DNA of 64,000 bases, taken from Octopus vulgaris (lineage: Eukaryota). Location of the stretch: positions 25,606,001-25,670,000 of the forward strand of contig OX597825.1 in NCBI GenBank assembly GCA_951406725.2, written 5' to 3'. Made by a program: the position numbers and the translations under genes. This document shows, one piece after another, positions 17,580 through 32,286 of this stretch. The stretch's first letter is position 1, and every line of letters starts with the position of its first letter. The notes beneath the pieces are model-generated. The model had not been told where the DNA came from. It did no database searches and saw only the letters and a list, made by a program, of their open reading frames with translations.

Positions 17580-17583
<4 letters not shown>
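16662..17583 (-). mobile_element. Penelope-like element 3' part: GIY-YIG endonuclease remnant plus pLTR
   Basis: [51 protein letters not shown]...RRELELIFPLHSFAPHGLN, then a C/A-rich tract and an HHR-like motif; flanked by TA-rich microsatellites. Confidence 0.9.
16736..16772 (-). ncRNA. Degenerate minimal hammerhead in a PLE pLTR
   Basis: tttt-CTGTTGA-a-gagc-ttag-gctg-GAAAC-GTA-aaag; A6 changed to T and one stem II mismatch. Confidence 0.6.
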
Positions 17584-17633
<50 letters not shown>

Positions 17634-17708
17634 GTATATATGTGTAAATATATATATATGTATATAACTAAACATACATACATAAATACATACATACATA
17701 CATACATG

Positions 17709-17778
<70 letters not shown>

Positions 17779-18261
17779 GTACTGTCCTTAGGCACTCTCC
17801 ATCTATCTCTAAAATTAGACCAATTTAAAGCCATATCTTTTGCTGGAATGCATCTTGAGGCACTCTACTTGCTATTGCTATCGGCCAATTTTAAGTAGGA
17901 TATTCAAGAGTTTGAAACATCCATACACTGATTATTTATAGCCTGGCTTGTAAAACCGTGAATATTTTGTATCTACATGTAGTGACATATGAGCGCAAAA
18001 TTCCCAAGTCTATGGTGAGTCTGATTGCATGTATTAAATTTATTTCTTTACATTTGATTGAATATCAGTTTCAACTTTGATTGGAGGTTTTCTCTGTTTT
18101 CTACCGTTTCAGCATGTTATAAAAATGATTTCATTTCTATAGTTGGTTCACTCAGGATTTAACAATTCCGGGAGTTTAACATTTTATGTTCAGTCATAAC
18201 TTTTATACGAGAAAAAGTTTTTTGAGTTGCCATAATGCCGGTTTCTTATAAACTATGTCTG

Positions 18262-18690
<429 letters not shown>

Positions 18691-19263
18691 TGCTTTTTAT
18701 GAATTCTATTTATTAGTGTTCTTACTTGCTTTATTTACAGGAAGCTGATTATCTTAATAAACAGTCAATATGCTCTTCACGATTTAATGTAAAAAGGTTA
18801 TAGAGAAATATATAAATGTTCTTCACTGTTTAATGTAATATACATATAAATTCCTCAACAAGCTAAACGCCTGAAGCAATTCTCTCCCCTTCAATTGCAG
18901 TAGCAGTCAACTACGCGAATAGTAAATTGCTCTTTCTGTGCAAGTCACCAAGCTGTCATTTTTTTTCTTCCTATAACATAAATTTTATTCCCCTCTACTA
19001 ATATTTCAAAATGTAGTAGTAATTTTCAATATTGTCCTTTGTTGTCTGCAACAAACCTGTACAATTTAAGAAGGTATCAAATTTCGATTCTTTTCATGGT
19101 TAAATTTACAATTCTTTGACGTTTATGGATATTACGGTTATATCAATTTCTGTCTACCGTAACGACTCACGAGGCTTTTGTCAGCACGCAATATAGTATA
19201 AGACACATGCCCGAGATGCCACCTCTTACCACACAGTCGCACATGCACCTCTCTCTCTCGCCA

Positions 19264-19349
<86 letters not shown>

Positions 19350-19363
19350 CCTACCTACCTACG

Positions 19364-20845
<1,482 letters not shown>

Positions 20846-20849
20846 GAAT

Positions 20850-21300
20850 ACGAAAGCATGCAATAGGAACATTTTTGCGAAACAAATGGAAAACAAGACA
20901 AGTAACCTAAAGAACGATCCTCCGTATTTCGAGCAATTCACGACAAGATACACCTTCGACAATACAGTTGGTCCCGCAAAGCAATTCAAATAAAATTTGG
21001 GATTTTGCGGAGGGTCAAAGTCGGTAGCAAAAACAAGACAGTGAAAACAGACAGGAAGAGCTGCTAAGCCTAATTAGTTGAACTGGCGAACGCTGGAGGA
21101 AAAAGCTCTGACAGGAGACAAATAAGAATGCGTCTGATCCCGGCGGCTGATCGGAAGGAAAGAAAGAAACTCAAGTTAGAAAAAAGAAAGATGGCCAATG
21201 GTCACGTGCAAGCAACGAGAGGAAGAGTAAGGGAGAGAAGAACAGATAGAGAACGGCGAAGAGGAGAGGAAAAGAATTAGAGAAAGGATGAGAGAGAAAA
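20850..21300 (-). mobile_element. Probable non-autonomous repeat (PLE-type architecture)
   Basis: Purine-rich + strand similar in layout to 57205-57590; no coding motif. Confidence 0.3.
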
Positions 21301-21989
21301 AATAGAAAGGGATGCATGGTGTTCAATCATATAATAATATAAATAATATATATATATGTATATATGCATATATACATACATATATGCACTTACTTACACA
21401 CGCACACACACACACACACACATATATGCATATATACATACATATATGCACATACTTGCATATATATATATATGAACTAAATGCAGGCATTAAATTTCAA
21501 TAAAGCACAATACGTTAAATTCCAATTTTAGGGTGTAAAAAAGAAAATACATTTTAAAACCTCAAAAGAATGGTTATTATAAAAGAAACATAGATTTAAG
21601 TGCTAAGTACAAAGAGATTTATTATACTCTGGAAAGGTTTTACTTGAAGAACAAAACCTGAAATATTTCAAAACATACCGGAATAGATAAACAAAGATAC
21701 CTTTGAATGAAGTAAAACTTAAAAATTAAAACGATACGAAGAAAAACAGTGTGAAAATGAAGAAAAAATATTAAATAATCGTAATACCGCGTTACATTTT
21801 CAAGAAGCCATGTAACATTAGCAAAGATAAAGATGAATGTTATATAAAAAGGTTTTGCGAAAGATCTCTTATTTTATGTTTTGGAACATTAAGCTAATGA
21901 AGAAATGATAATATAAAAAGAAGAATCCACTTCAATTATAATCAACGTAATTACAATTCCTTTGTGCTAAGTAACCACCGTCGACACTC

Positions 21990-24120
21990 ACAAGGAGAGA
22001 TAATAAAGAAGTTATTAAGACCTTCTATTATGTCATGTATTTTCCCACAAATAAATCTAATACTGTGCAAATCTACTAAAACTGGAGACAGAAAAACCTT
22101 GAAGTAAGACCCTACATGGACGATAACAAACTTGCCAACGTCAGAAGAAACATTATGAAAAAAAGGTTACTAACAGAATTAGAAATTGACCAAATTAAAC
22201 AATCGGAAAGGGATAAAAAGAACGAAAATGCAGCTAAAGGAAATAATTATAGACCAGCTCACGTCTGAGGAAAATGCAATAATTCTTAGAAAGAGTTAAT
22301 GTAACTGATAAGGAAAGTCAAATACTGTCTGAACAACCATAAACACTAAGACATGAAAATGAAATAGATGAAGAAAGTCACACAGAAATTGACCCAGCAG
22401 AACTACATGATCTAAAAAATCAAATCATGATTGAATGGCTAAAAATTAAAGAAACCAGTATCAATGAACGCAATGCTCTCCCAAAAATTCGCAATTCTAA
22501 CCAAAACCTGAAAGTAATTGGTAAAATCCGCCTTGCACTTAAGGATATAATTTTAGCTAATGATGTTGATATTATAGATCTCAACCACCTGTACTATGTA
22601 TTCGAGAAAATCTCAACGATTGTATGTAGTGAAAATATTAGAAAACGACATTTCCACAAAAAGCCTACTTGGCAAGAGCGTATTCAACATCAAATTCAGC
22701 TACTTAGGTCCGATATAGAATATTTAAAAAAACCTTAAGTTTGACAAGACTATCAAACCAAAAGGTTGCAAGACGCAAGGAAAATTTTAGAAAAATAAAG
22801 AAGGAAATAAGTGGAAATTTTACCGGTGAGTGTGTTAATTATAAGGCACTAAAAGATAATGACTCTCCCCAGACACAACAGTAAAGAAAAATATAATATG
22901 AAAACCATACTTGACATCCATAGCATCATAGAAACAATCAAATAAAAGCTATGTGCTAAAGCTGCCCGCACAGCAAGGTATGAAAAGCGCGTTAGATTCT
23001 TCAAGGACAACAACATGTTCAAAAATAACCCCAAAACGTTTTACAGGAAGATAGGGAAAATATCAGTTACAGTAAAGTCTGTTAAAAGAAGTGCAGGAAT
23101 TTTGGAATAAAATGTGGGCAGAAGAAAAAACTCACAACGAAAAGGCCCCTTGGATTGCTTACAGACTTAAACTCCTTAGAAGAACAAAAGTGCAAGGGTA
23201 CCAAAGTAGAGGATGTAAGATCTGCTCTCAGGAAGTCAAACAAATGGAAGGTGTAAAATTGCTAACAAAACTTTACAACAAGGTTTTGCAACATCTTGGT
23301 ATGATTTCCCCCTTGGCTAGTAAATAGTGTTGCATTCCTACTTCCAAAAAATGAAGAAACTAATGAACCAAAAAATTATAGATCCATAACCTGCTTAACA
23401 ACAATGCATAAGACATTAACATCTGTCTTGACTGAATATAGAAAGTGATACATTTTAATAGAAAGTGATACATTTCTTAATGAAAGGATGTAAACGTGGG
23501 TCCTATGGTTGTAAATATCAGCTACTCGTCAATAATTTTGGAAGATTGTCACAAACGACACAAAAAGTTGTGGATAGCCTGGATAGACTATAAAAAAAAG
23601 CTTTTGATAGTCTACCACATATCTGGATTAAAAAATGTCTGGAAATGTATAAAATAGCACCTACTCTGTGAAACTTCTTGTCTGTAAGTATGAGATCATG
23701 GAGAACCACACCGACTTTGGACAGTGACAATGAATCTCTCAATGCTAGATGTGAAAAAAATTCATGTTGCATTTCCCAGGGTGATTCCCTATCACCACTC
23801 CTCTTTCGTCTAGATTTAATACCTCTCTCGAAATTGCTCGATGATATACAATACGGCTATAAAATATTTGATAAAAATATAAATCATCTCATTTACATGT
23901 ATGATTTAAAGCTGTTTGCAAAAAATGACCAGCATCTATAGGGCTTACTAGCGATTGTTAAACAATTTAGTGATGATAGGATGACATCTGGCCTCGATAA
24001 ATATGCAAAAGCTACCTTTATCGAAGAAAGAACGACAGAAATATCCAACGTTAATCTTGACCAACAGAATGTCATAAAGAAGTTAGAACCAACGGAGAGC
24101 TACAAATACCTAGAGGTATT
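21990..24120 (+). mobile_element. R4/Dong-clade non-LTR retrotransposon, decayed ORF from N-terminus through RT
   Basis: KLANVRRNIMKKRLLTELEI, RYEKRVRFFKDNNMFKNNPKTFYR, EFWNKMW, NYRSITCL, KRGSYGCKYQLL, AFDSLPHIWI, QGDSLSPLLF, HLIYMYDLKLFA, YKYLEV; many stops and frameshifts. Confidence 0.92.
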
Positions 24121-24121
24121 T

Positions 24122-24856
24122 ATCAAGGAAATGTCAAGCGGAGAAAAGACTGGGTCAGTGAGACCACTAGCATTGAGACACTGTCATATACTCTGATGAG
24201 TCCAAGTTGGCTGCATTTTCTGACAGTGGTCGAGTATAGGTCTGGAGAATCTGTGATAAAGAATTCGACGTGAAAAGATTGCAGCCAACAATGAAACACG
24301 GCAGCTATTCTGTGGTAGTCAGGGGAGCAATTTGGAGCAATGGTGGATCAGAGCTAGTAGAGTGTGAGGTAAACATAAAATCAGATAAATATGTGTCCAT
24401 ATTGCAGAAAGAACTCCTAATCTTCTCCAGTGGTGAAATGATGAAAGAAAACTCTTTATTTATGGAATATGGGGTTCCTTGTTACAGGGCTAAAAAGACC
24501 CAAGGCTGATTGGAAGGGAATAACATTAAAAAGCTACCATGGCCAAGCCAATCACCAGATTTGAACCCTATTGGACACCTCTGGGTCATAATGAACAGAG
24601 CACTTCGTAAAAAGGACGACAAAGCATATTCAAAACTTATGAGATTACTGCATGAAACTTGGCAAAAAATTCCTCAAGAGAATATTGGTCATCTGATCAG
24701 TAGCATGCTTAATAGCATCCTTGCATTGAAAAATCTAAAGGGCATCTCTACTAAATATTAGATATTCCCATTATAATAATTAATAAATATTTTGAATGTA
24801 GAATTTCAGATTTGAATTAAATGTAACGAGTATAAGAGTGTCTATTTACTTCTGTG

Positions 24857-24862
<6 letters not shown>
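24122..24862 (+). mobile_element. Tc1 (DD34E-type) transposon 3' part, decayed
   Basis: YSDES, PTMKHGSYSVVV, KYVSILQ, WPSQSPDLNPIGHLW; ends at (TA)n. Confidence 0.9.
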
Positions 24863-24905
<43 letters not shown>

Positions 24906-25534
24906 CATACACACACACACACATATATATATATATGCACAACGTTTCGTTTTATATGAAAAAACAAACAAACATATGTGTGTGTGAAATTCTAAGTTGA
25001 AATATTTCCTAGGTGAACAGGCTCTACATAAAAAGTTCATTTCCCAAAATTGCTGGCTTTGTGCACACATTTGAAACCAGTATTTCATAAAGTTGTTAAG
25101 ATATTTCCTAAAGCGTATGTCGTCGTTTAAATGAGTTAAACTGTTTTATATAATAAAAATATCTGCCTTCATAACAATGTAACCTTTTGTAATACCATTT
25201 ATTTTTATAGTTTATATATATTATTTTGTTTTTATATTATTTTGCTCTCTATTTTCTACTATATTCTCTATTTTCGTTAGAATACATTGTCTGCATAGGT
25301 ATTTTTTTTATAGAATGTCAAAGAATTTCGAGATACGTTTGAATGCATTATCTACAGTTATTTATATACCTGTGCGGAATTTTTACCTTTATATTTCCTG
25401 TTTTAGCAACTTGCAACTAAATCGCACTACACATCTTTCCAGTTAATTGAAATTTGGAAAATAGTTGCAGTAACACTTTAATCTGCTTGCTAAAACACAT
25501 TCTATTAACGGCTGAGCCAAAGCATTGTTTTCAT

Positions 25535-25605
<71 letters not shown>

Positions 25606-25624
25606 ATACTACTACTACTACTGC

Positions 25625-26100
25625 TATTATTATTTCCTTTTATCTCAGGTTTTGTTGGAAATCCTGGAATCTTGCATGCGTAGCAGACTTGCTACCTGCA
25701 GCCTACGGTGCCATGCTATCCGTTCTTTCCTGATTATTCCGACCGTGCCAAGGAGGCAAACCTTTTGTATCAGTTCTACTGGGCACTCTATTCCAATTTT
25801 CTTTATATTCCCTTTGGTGCCTTCTGATACTGTTTCCGATAACCCAAAAATAATTGGCACTATTTTCACCTTCTTTATTTTCCACAACCGGTCTATTTTG
25901 TACTTAAGAGGGTTGTATTTATATATTTTTCTGCTTTCTGTCTTGACTATTCGTGGGTTATAGTGGCATGCAACATCAACTATATGGCACATATGGTGCA
26001 TCTTTTCGATCACCACAAGGTCCGGTCTGTTATACTCTAGCACCTGATCTGTTTGGATCGGAAAATCCAAGAAGAATTTTCTCGTTTGCGACTCCGTAAC
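25625..26100 (-). mobile_element. R4/Dong 3' fragment (restriction-like endonuclease domain)
   Basis: WDFPIQTDQVLEYNRPDLVVIEK...IVDVAC...KIYKY...RLWKIKKVKIVPII...QKVCLLGT; flanked by (TAA)/(TAG) repeats. Confidence 0.92.
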
Positions 26101-26137
26101 TCTTTGCTGTCTGTGCTCATAACCACCACTCTCTGCA

Positions 26138-26216
<79 letters not shown>

Positions 26217-26227
26217 GTTATTGTTGA

Positions 26228-26288
<61 letters not shown>

Positions 26289-26323
26289 GTTATTGTTGTT
26301 ATTATTATTATTGGTTATTGTTA

Positions 26324-26361
<38 letters not shown>

Positions 26362-26362
<1 letters not shown>

Positions 26363-26562
26363 TAGTGGAAGACACTCAACTTATTCTCAAGCACCACTCT
26401 CAAAATCCTAGCTGTCCCCAATAGAGCAGTTTTTCTGACCTGCTTTGCCCCCCCCCCCCATGTCAATTCCAATTTTTCAGACGTATTTTTTAAACTTAGT
26501 TGTTAGTGCTCCGAGTGCCCCAAGAACCACTGGCATAAGATTTACTCTCGTCATTCTTACAA
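26362..26562 (-). mobile_element. Second R4/Dong 3' end
   Basis: MPVVLGALGALTTKFKKY...QKTALLGTARILRVVL followed by (TAA)n. Confidence 0.85.
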
Positions 26563-26699
26563 TTTCTTCTTCTTCTTCTTCCTCTTCTCCCCTCCTCCTC
26601 CTCCTCCTCCTCCTCCTCCTCCTCCTCCTCCTTCTCCTCCTCCTCCTCCTCCTCCTTCTTCTTCTTCTTCTTCTTCTTCTTCTCCTCCTTCTTTATTTT

Positions 26700-26990
26700 T
26701 TCATTTGCTTCCCATTTTATTTCATCTTCCGAACGGGTCTCAACCAGAGATGTAAGACCTGTACATATCAGATAGAAAGAAACTCCCTAAGAATGTGAGC
26801 GGTTGTTGTGTCTTGTAGATAGTTGGTTTCACAGGGATCTGATAAAAAAAAATTGTCACTACCTTTCTTGATCATCTCTAGGACACCCACAAAAAGATTG
26901 ATAGTTTGGTTTTTATTTGCCACATCCTAGATATTTCAGTCACGAGGTCCTTATATTTATAATGCAGTAATCAACTCCTTGATTTTGCTA
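26700..26990 (-). mobile_element. Third R4/Dong 3' end (more decayed)
   Basis: KYKDLVTEISRMWQIKTK...VGVLEMIKKG...TAHILREFLSI* plus 3' UTR. Confidence 0.8.
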
Positions 26991-27014
26991 GCCTACCGTC
27001 TTCGTTTCTCTTAT

Positions 27015-28110
27015 AATAATGGTTTCAAATTTTGGCACAAGGCCTGCATTTTCAGGGGAGGGTGTTAATCGATTATATCGACCACAGGGCTCGACTGGTA
27101 CTTATTTCATCTACCCCGAAAGGACGAAAAGCAAAGTCAATGATAATAATTCTTTCTGATTTCAAGGCAAGGCCAGCAGTTTTGAGGGAAGGTAGCCAGT
27201 TGATTATATCAACCGCAGTATTTGACCGGCACTTCGTACTTTATTGAATCGATCCTGAATGAATGAAAGGCATAGTTCACTTCGATGGGATTTGAACTCA
27301 GTACGTAAATAACCGAAAGAAGTGCTGAAAAGCATTTTCTCCGATGTGGTAACGTCTCTGCCAGCTTGCTGTCTTAATGATAATAATAATCCTTACTACT
27401 ATAAACACAAGGGATAATAATATTTTGGGAAGCAGGCAAGTCGATTGGATTGTTCGCAGTATTTGACATGACTTTATTTTATAGGCCGCAAAATGACTAA
27501 AAACTCGATCTTGGCGGAAGAAATACTGCTTAGCATTTAGTCCGGCATACTGGTGTTTCTGCCAGTTCACCACTTTTATAGTATGATAATATAAAAAAAT
27601 GCTGATATAATTTTATGTTTAGTTTATTATCTTAAGTTTACGCCGTTTTCCTCTACTTTCCATAACTGACCATGAGATTGCAACTACAAAGTCCGGGCAA
27701 GGACTTGTTTATGGAAGACCAGCAGTCAGCCATGCATACCAGCCTCCCCCTTCACGCCACCGATGTTATCCAAGAGAAAGACAAATGCCGATACAGCTTG
27801 GCATCAGTGACGTCGCAACTCATTTCTACAATATATTCAGTCCCTAGAAATACTCTGAAATATATATTTGAAGATATTGAGAGTAAAGACAGAAAAGCTG
27901 ATTTCAAATTTTGGTACTAGGCCAGCAATTTCGAGGGGGCAGAGAAAGTAATTTACATCGACCCTAGAGTTCGATTGATACTTATTTCGTCGACAGCGAA
28001 AGGATGAACGGAGAAGGCCGACCTCAGTGAAATTTGAACTCAAAACGTATAGATGGATGAAATGCCACTAAGCATTTCGCCCGGCGTGCTAAGGATTCTG
28101 CCATCTTGAT
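27015..28110 (-). mobile_element. Cluster of degenerate SINE A copies (tail type 2), same orientation
   Basis: Repeated tttcaaattttggcacaaggc...tcgac...gaaaggcaaagtcg...tttgaactca...ctgccagc units at ~27020, 27160, 27400 and 27900. Confidence 0.85.
27670..27830 (+). mobile_element. RTE/BovB 5'UTR-like (Ceph-domain-like) fragment
   Basis: ggaagaccagcagtc...cacgccaccgatgttatccaag...gccgatacagcttggcatcagtgacgtcgca recalls RTE-BovB 5' segments (recognised from memory, not searched). Confidence 0.5.
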
Positions 28111-28249
28111 TGTCTGAAAATAATAGAAAACACAAAAAATAGGTTTAATATCTTTTTATAAAAAAATATATATACATAGTTTATGGATGGTAAAAGCCTC
28201 ATAAAAGGTAATGATATCCAACTGGTTTTCGCTATTTTAATTAGTTTTT

Positions 28250-28410
28250 CAAAAGGCTCGAAATTCACATTCCAGCAAGGAGTAAAATTTTCAGTTAATA
28301 CCAACTTCACGTGTGCTTCCCAGGACGTTATCTATGTCTTAACCTCCTCAGGTTATAGCCACAATTATGTGGGCCAAACGAGCCTTACTTTGAGACGCAG
28401 AGTAATATTT
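28250..28410 (+). mobile_element. PLE GIY-YIG N-terminal fragment
   Basis: NTNFTCASQDVIYVLTSSGYSHNYVGQTSLTLRRRV (VIY...YVGQT). Confidence 0.85.
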
Positions 28411-28412
28411 CT

Positions 28413-28488
<76 letters not shown>

Positions 28489-29177
28489 CATATATAGATA
28501 TATATATATATATAGATATATATATAAATAATTATGTTTTAATTTTATATTTAGTGTATTATAGTGTATTTCTCTCGCCTATATTTTCTTGCAATCATTA
28601 GAAATACATTAAAATTTATATTTGAACGTACTGAAAGAAACGGTGAAAACATTGCGAAAAATAATATCAAGCTACTTCAGAATGCATTTTTAAATATCTT
28701 TTGCTTGGGATGATCATTCGTACAGTTTTTTTTTATAGCAGGTTTTAGCACTAATTTGATCTAATTAACTATAAGTGGTGCACATTTTAAGTCTCCCTTT
28801 GCTGCTTGCATCACAGCTTGATCACCTAATTAGTCTGAATGAATGTGCATGTGGGTGAAGGTGGGATGGGATTCGGGGCTGTGTGCACGTGTATACCCAT
28901 ATGCACACACAATCAAATATAGTAAATTTAAGTATGTGCATAAGCATACGTATACACACAGATCTTTATACAGAGGTATATATTTTATTATGAAATATAC
29001 GCGCAAACACACATACACATATATACCTGTATAATCTATTTATATACATAACAGACATATATATTTATAAATGCGTATACATATATCTATGTATGTATAT
29101 ATATGCATGCATCTATTTATGTATACATACATACAAACATACATGCATGCATGTGTATATATTTGTGTGTATATGGA

Positions 29178-29227
<50 letters not shown>

Positions 29228-29475
29228 CACTCTCTCTCACACACACACATATATACACACACACACACACTCATATATGCGTAAATACACATTCATATGT
29301 GATCGTCTTTAAACTCTATATTCATATTCTTCAATATGAAGTTAGTTTCTCTTCCTCAATCTCCTTCACCTACACTTGTTGCCCTTCAGTTCTTTTCCTT
29401 CTCTCTTCCATCGCCTTCTCTTTTGCTTGCTTTTCTAATTCTCCCATTCTTTCCCAACATTATTGAAAGCTATAT

Positions 29476-29889
29476 ATTGCTTTACTACCCACAAGGGGCT
29501 AAACACAGAGCGGATAAACAAGGACAGAAAACGGATTAAGTCGATTATATCGACCCCAGTGCGTAACTAGTACTTATTTAATCGACCCCGGAAGGATGAA
29601 AGGCAAAGTCGACCTCGGCGGAATTTGAACTCAGAACGTAGCGGCAGACGAAATACCTATTTCTTTATTACCCACAAGGGGCTAAACACAGAGGGGACAA
29701 ACAAGGACAGACATAGGTATTAAGTCGATTACATCGACCCCAGTGCGTAACTGGTACTTAATTTATCGACCCCGAAAGGATGAACGGCAAAGTCGACCTG
29801 GGCGGAATTTGAACTCACAACGTAACGCAGACGAAATACCGCTAAGCATTTCGCCCGGCGTGCTAATGTTTCTGCCAGCTCGCCGCCTT
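29476..29889 (-). mobile_element. SINE A head-to-tail dimer
   Basis: Two tail-1 units; the second starts at internal gtatttcgtctg; 18-bp TSD cattattgaaagctatat at 29458-29475 and 29890-29907. Confidence 0.92.
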
Positions 29890-30576
29890 CATTATTGAAA
29901 GCTATATTCAGTCAGTTTACTCGTCAAAATAACTCCTTTTCTGAAAGAGAAAACTGCTGATGACCGAACTGATTGGTTGTAAACTATAACTGGGAGGTCA
30001 GCATTTCGTATCCAGTAATTAACCTGTTTGTGTCTGAAATAATTCGCTCTTTATGTGGACCCGTCTCTTTGGTTTTAGATAATCTAGGTGAAGCAATTAG
30101 GGAAATAAACAAGCTAGAGTAAGCAATACTAAAAACTATAAAATTGAATACGATTTCATTAGATTTCAGGTGCAGGCACGACTGTTTGTTTAAGAAGCTT
30201 TAAGAACTACTGGTTCGGGGTTCAATCACACTGAACGACACCCTGTGCAATAGTCTTCTGTACACCCGGGCTATCCAATGATTTCTGAGTAAATTTGGTA
30301 GACGGAAACTGTGAGAAAACCCGTTCTATAAATATTTGCTTAACTACATACATACACAAATAATGAAAGAAATTATATAATATGCTGGATCGCGTAGACA
30401 TCCGCCTTGAAATGGTTTAACAAAGGATTATGCGTTACATGATTATATTCGATTTGATCTCGATACTCTATCCCTAGATGATGTCTTCGGGGATTAGCCT
30501 AGGAGCGAACTGATTATGGAGTTCGATGTTTTGGGACAAAAATCCAATCGAATCATGGTAGTGTGTGAATAACTAG

Positions 30577-30796
30577 CGAGGCAGTGCTGAAGAGTTCCTG
30601 GCTTTAAGGGGATCACGAAAGTTCTGGTCAGCTCAACTTTCCGAGTTCTTTTACAGGGCTTAGATAAATTGAACCACCGCTGCAATAGGTGTGTGTGCAA
30701 CTGAGAGGAGATTATGCTGAATAAAATCATAGTTGACTGATCCTCCTATATTTGATTTTACCCAATGTCAGCATGTTTTCAGCACCCCGCCCCTCG
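30577..30796. mobile_element. Mariner-derived MITE / internal deletion derivative
   Basis: Ends cgaggcagtgctgaagagttcc and ttttcagcacccc...cctcg-ta; interior retains a mariner-like C-terminus (GLDKLNHRCNRCV...GDYAE). Confidence 0.7.
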
Positions 30797-30899
30797 TATG
30801 GTCATTAGATGATTATTTAAAATTCCTCATGACTGCATCGTGATAATAACCTTTACTGATTATATAGGTACTATTCCATGTTCGCTTTACTTACTATTA

Positions 30900-31152
30900 A
30901 TAAATGAATAATAAATGCACCCTTTTAAAGCCTAGCCAGGCTCATGGGACCGGATTCCCGGTTTCAATGGCGTATGTGTTCCCCGGCTGGACGGGACACC
31001 AGTCCATCGCAGCGTTACTCATTTTTGCCAGCTGAGTGGACTGGAGCAACGTGAAATGAAGTGTTTTGCTCAAGAACACAACGCGTTGCCCGGTCCAGAA
31101 ATCGAAATCACAATCCTACGACCATGATGCTGACACCCTATCCACTAAGCAC
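30900..31152 (-). mobile_element. SINE family D
   Basis: Reverse-complement match to 4069-4312. Confidence 0.88.
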
Positions 31153-31153
31153 A

Positions 31154-31234
<81 letters not shown>

Positions 31235-32056
31235 GGGAAATTCTGTCTGTGAGTGTTAGCTAAATCCTCCTACGCCGTTTTATGGATTTTGATGAAACTT
31301 GACATGTGAGTAGAACTCAGGTTTGGAAACCTCATGGCATACTCAGATTGTTGAAAAAAAGAGATAACAGGGCCCCTGGAAGGGATCCTTATATAAAGCC
31401 AAGGCAAATAACCAATTCATTTTCCTAATCTATTTGGTAAAAATGAGATTGAGTATACTTATTTCTTAGTACTTGAACTATTCGAGTACAACACTTAAAC
31501 AAGTAAATAGTATTCTCCTGAACAATATATCCACTTATTTCGGTTAGTGACTTATTCATGTATATACCAACACAAGCGCCCCTGAGGATAATATTCTTTG
31601 GGAACGAACTGAAGACCTTTTCAGAGTTATTTAATTTGAACAATTATCTCATATCTAATTAGCCTGTTATTTTGTAACATGCTTTACGATTTTAGTATAC
31701 GTATCTTATTAATATTTCCACCTATGTTCTATATACACTGAGAACGCATTAAAGCCCCTTTCGGGTTACTTTATTTAAATTCTTACTATCGGGTAACTAA
31801 TTTCATGTTATTACATAACTGACTTCACAATTTGGGTATTCATACTGCTATTCTCAACCATGGGTCACTTCTGGTAATTCGTCTCTAAATTGTTTTATAG
31901 TGACCTAATACGTCATATTTGATTTTAACTTTCTCCCCCATTACAAGTGTCATACTAAGATCCTTTGTCTATAACTGTACCTGAGATACTTGGCAACTTC
32001 TGGTCGCTCAGATTTCGCTGCCTGTTCGTTTCCCTGCATTGTTTCTGTTTTAATAT

Positions 32057-32286
32057 ATTTCTTTACTGCCCATAAGGGGCTAAACATAGAGGGGACAAAC
32101 AAGGACAGACAATGGGATTAATTCGATTGCATCGACCCCAGTGCGAAACTGGTTCTTTATTTATCGACCCCGAACTGATGAAAGGCAAGGTCGACCTCGG
32201 CGGAATTTGAACTTAGAACGTAACGACAGACGAATTACCGCTAAGCATTTCGCCCGGCGTGCTAACGTTTCTGCCAGCTTGCCGCC
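32057..32286 (-). mobile_element. SINE A full copy, tail type 1
   Basis: TSD ttctgttttaatat at 32043-32056 and 32287-32300. Confidence 0.92.

Noticed and set aside
24192-24210. CTGATGAG hammerhead-like core (also tcatcag at 1864, ctgatga at 29957 and 51634)
   Set aside because: Transposase codons (SDE, HQD) or lacking a matching GAAA-stem III-NUH and stem I.
31240-31400. Helitron/Helentron-like motif gattttgatgaaacttg after ctgtctgt
   Set aside because: No terminal hairpin or ends identified; too little evidence.
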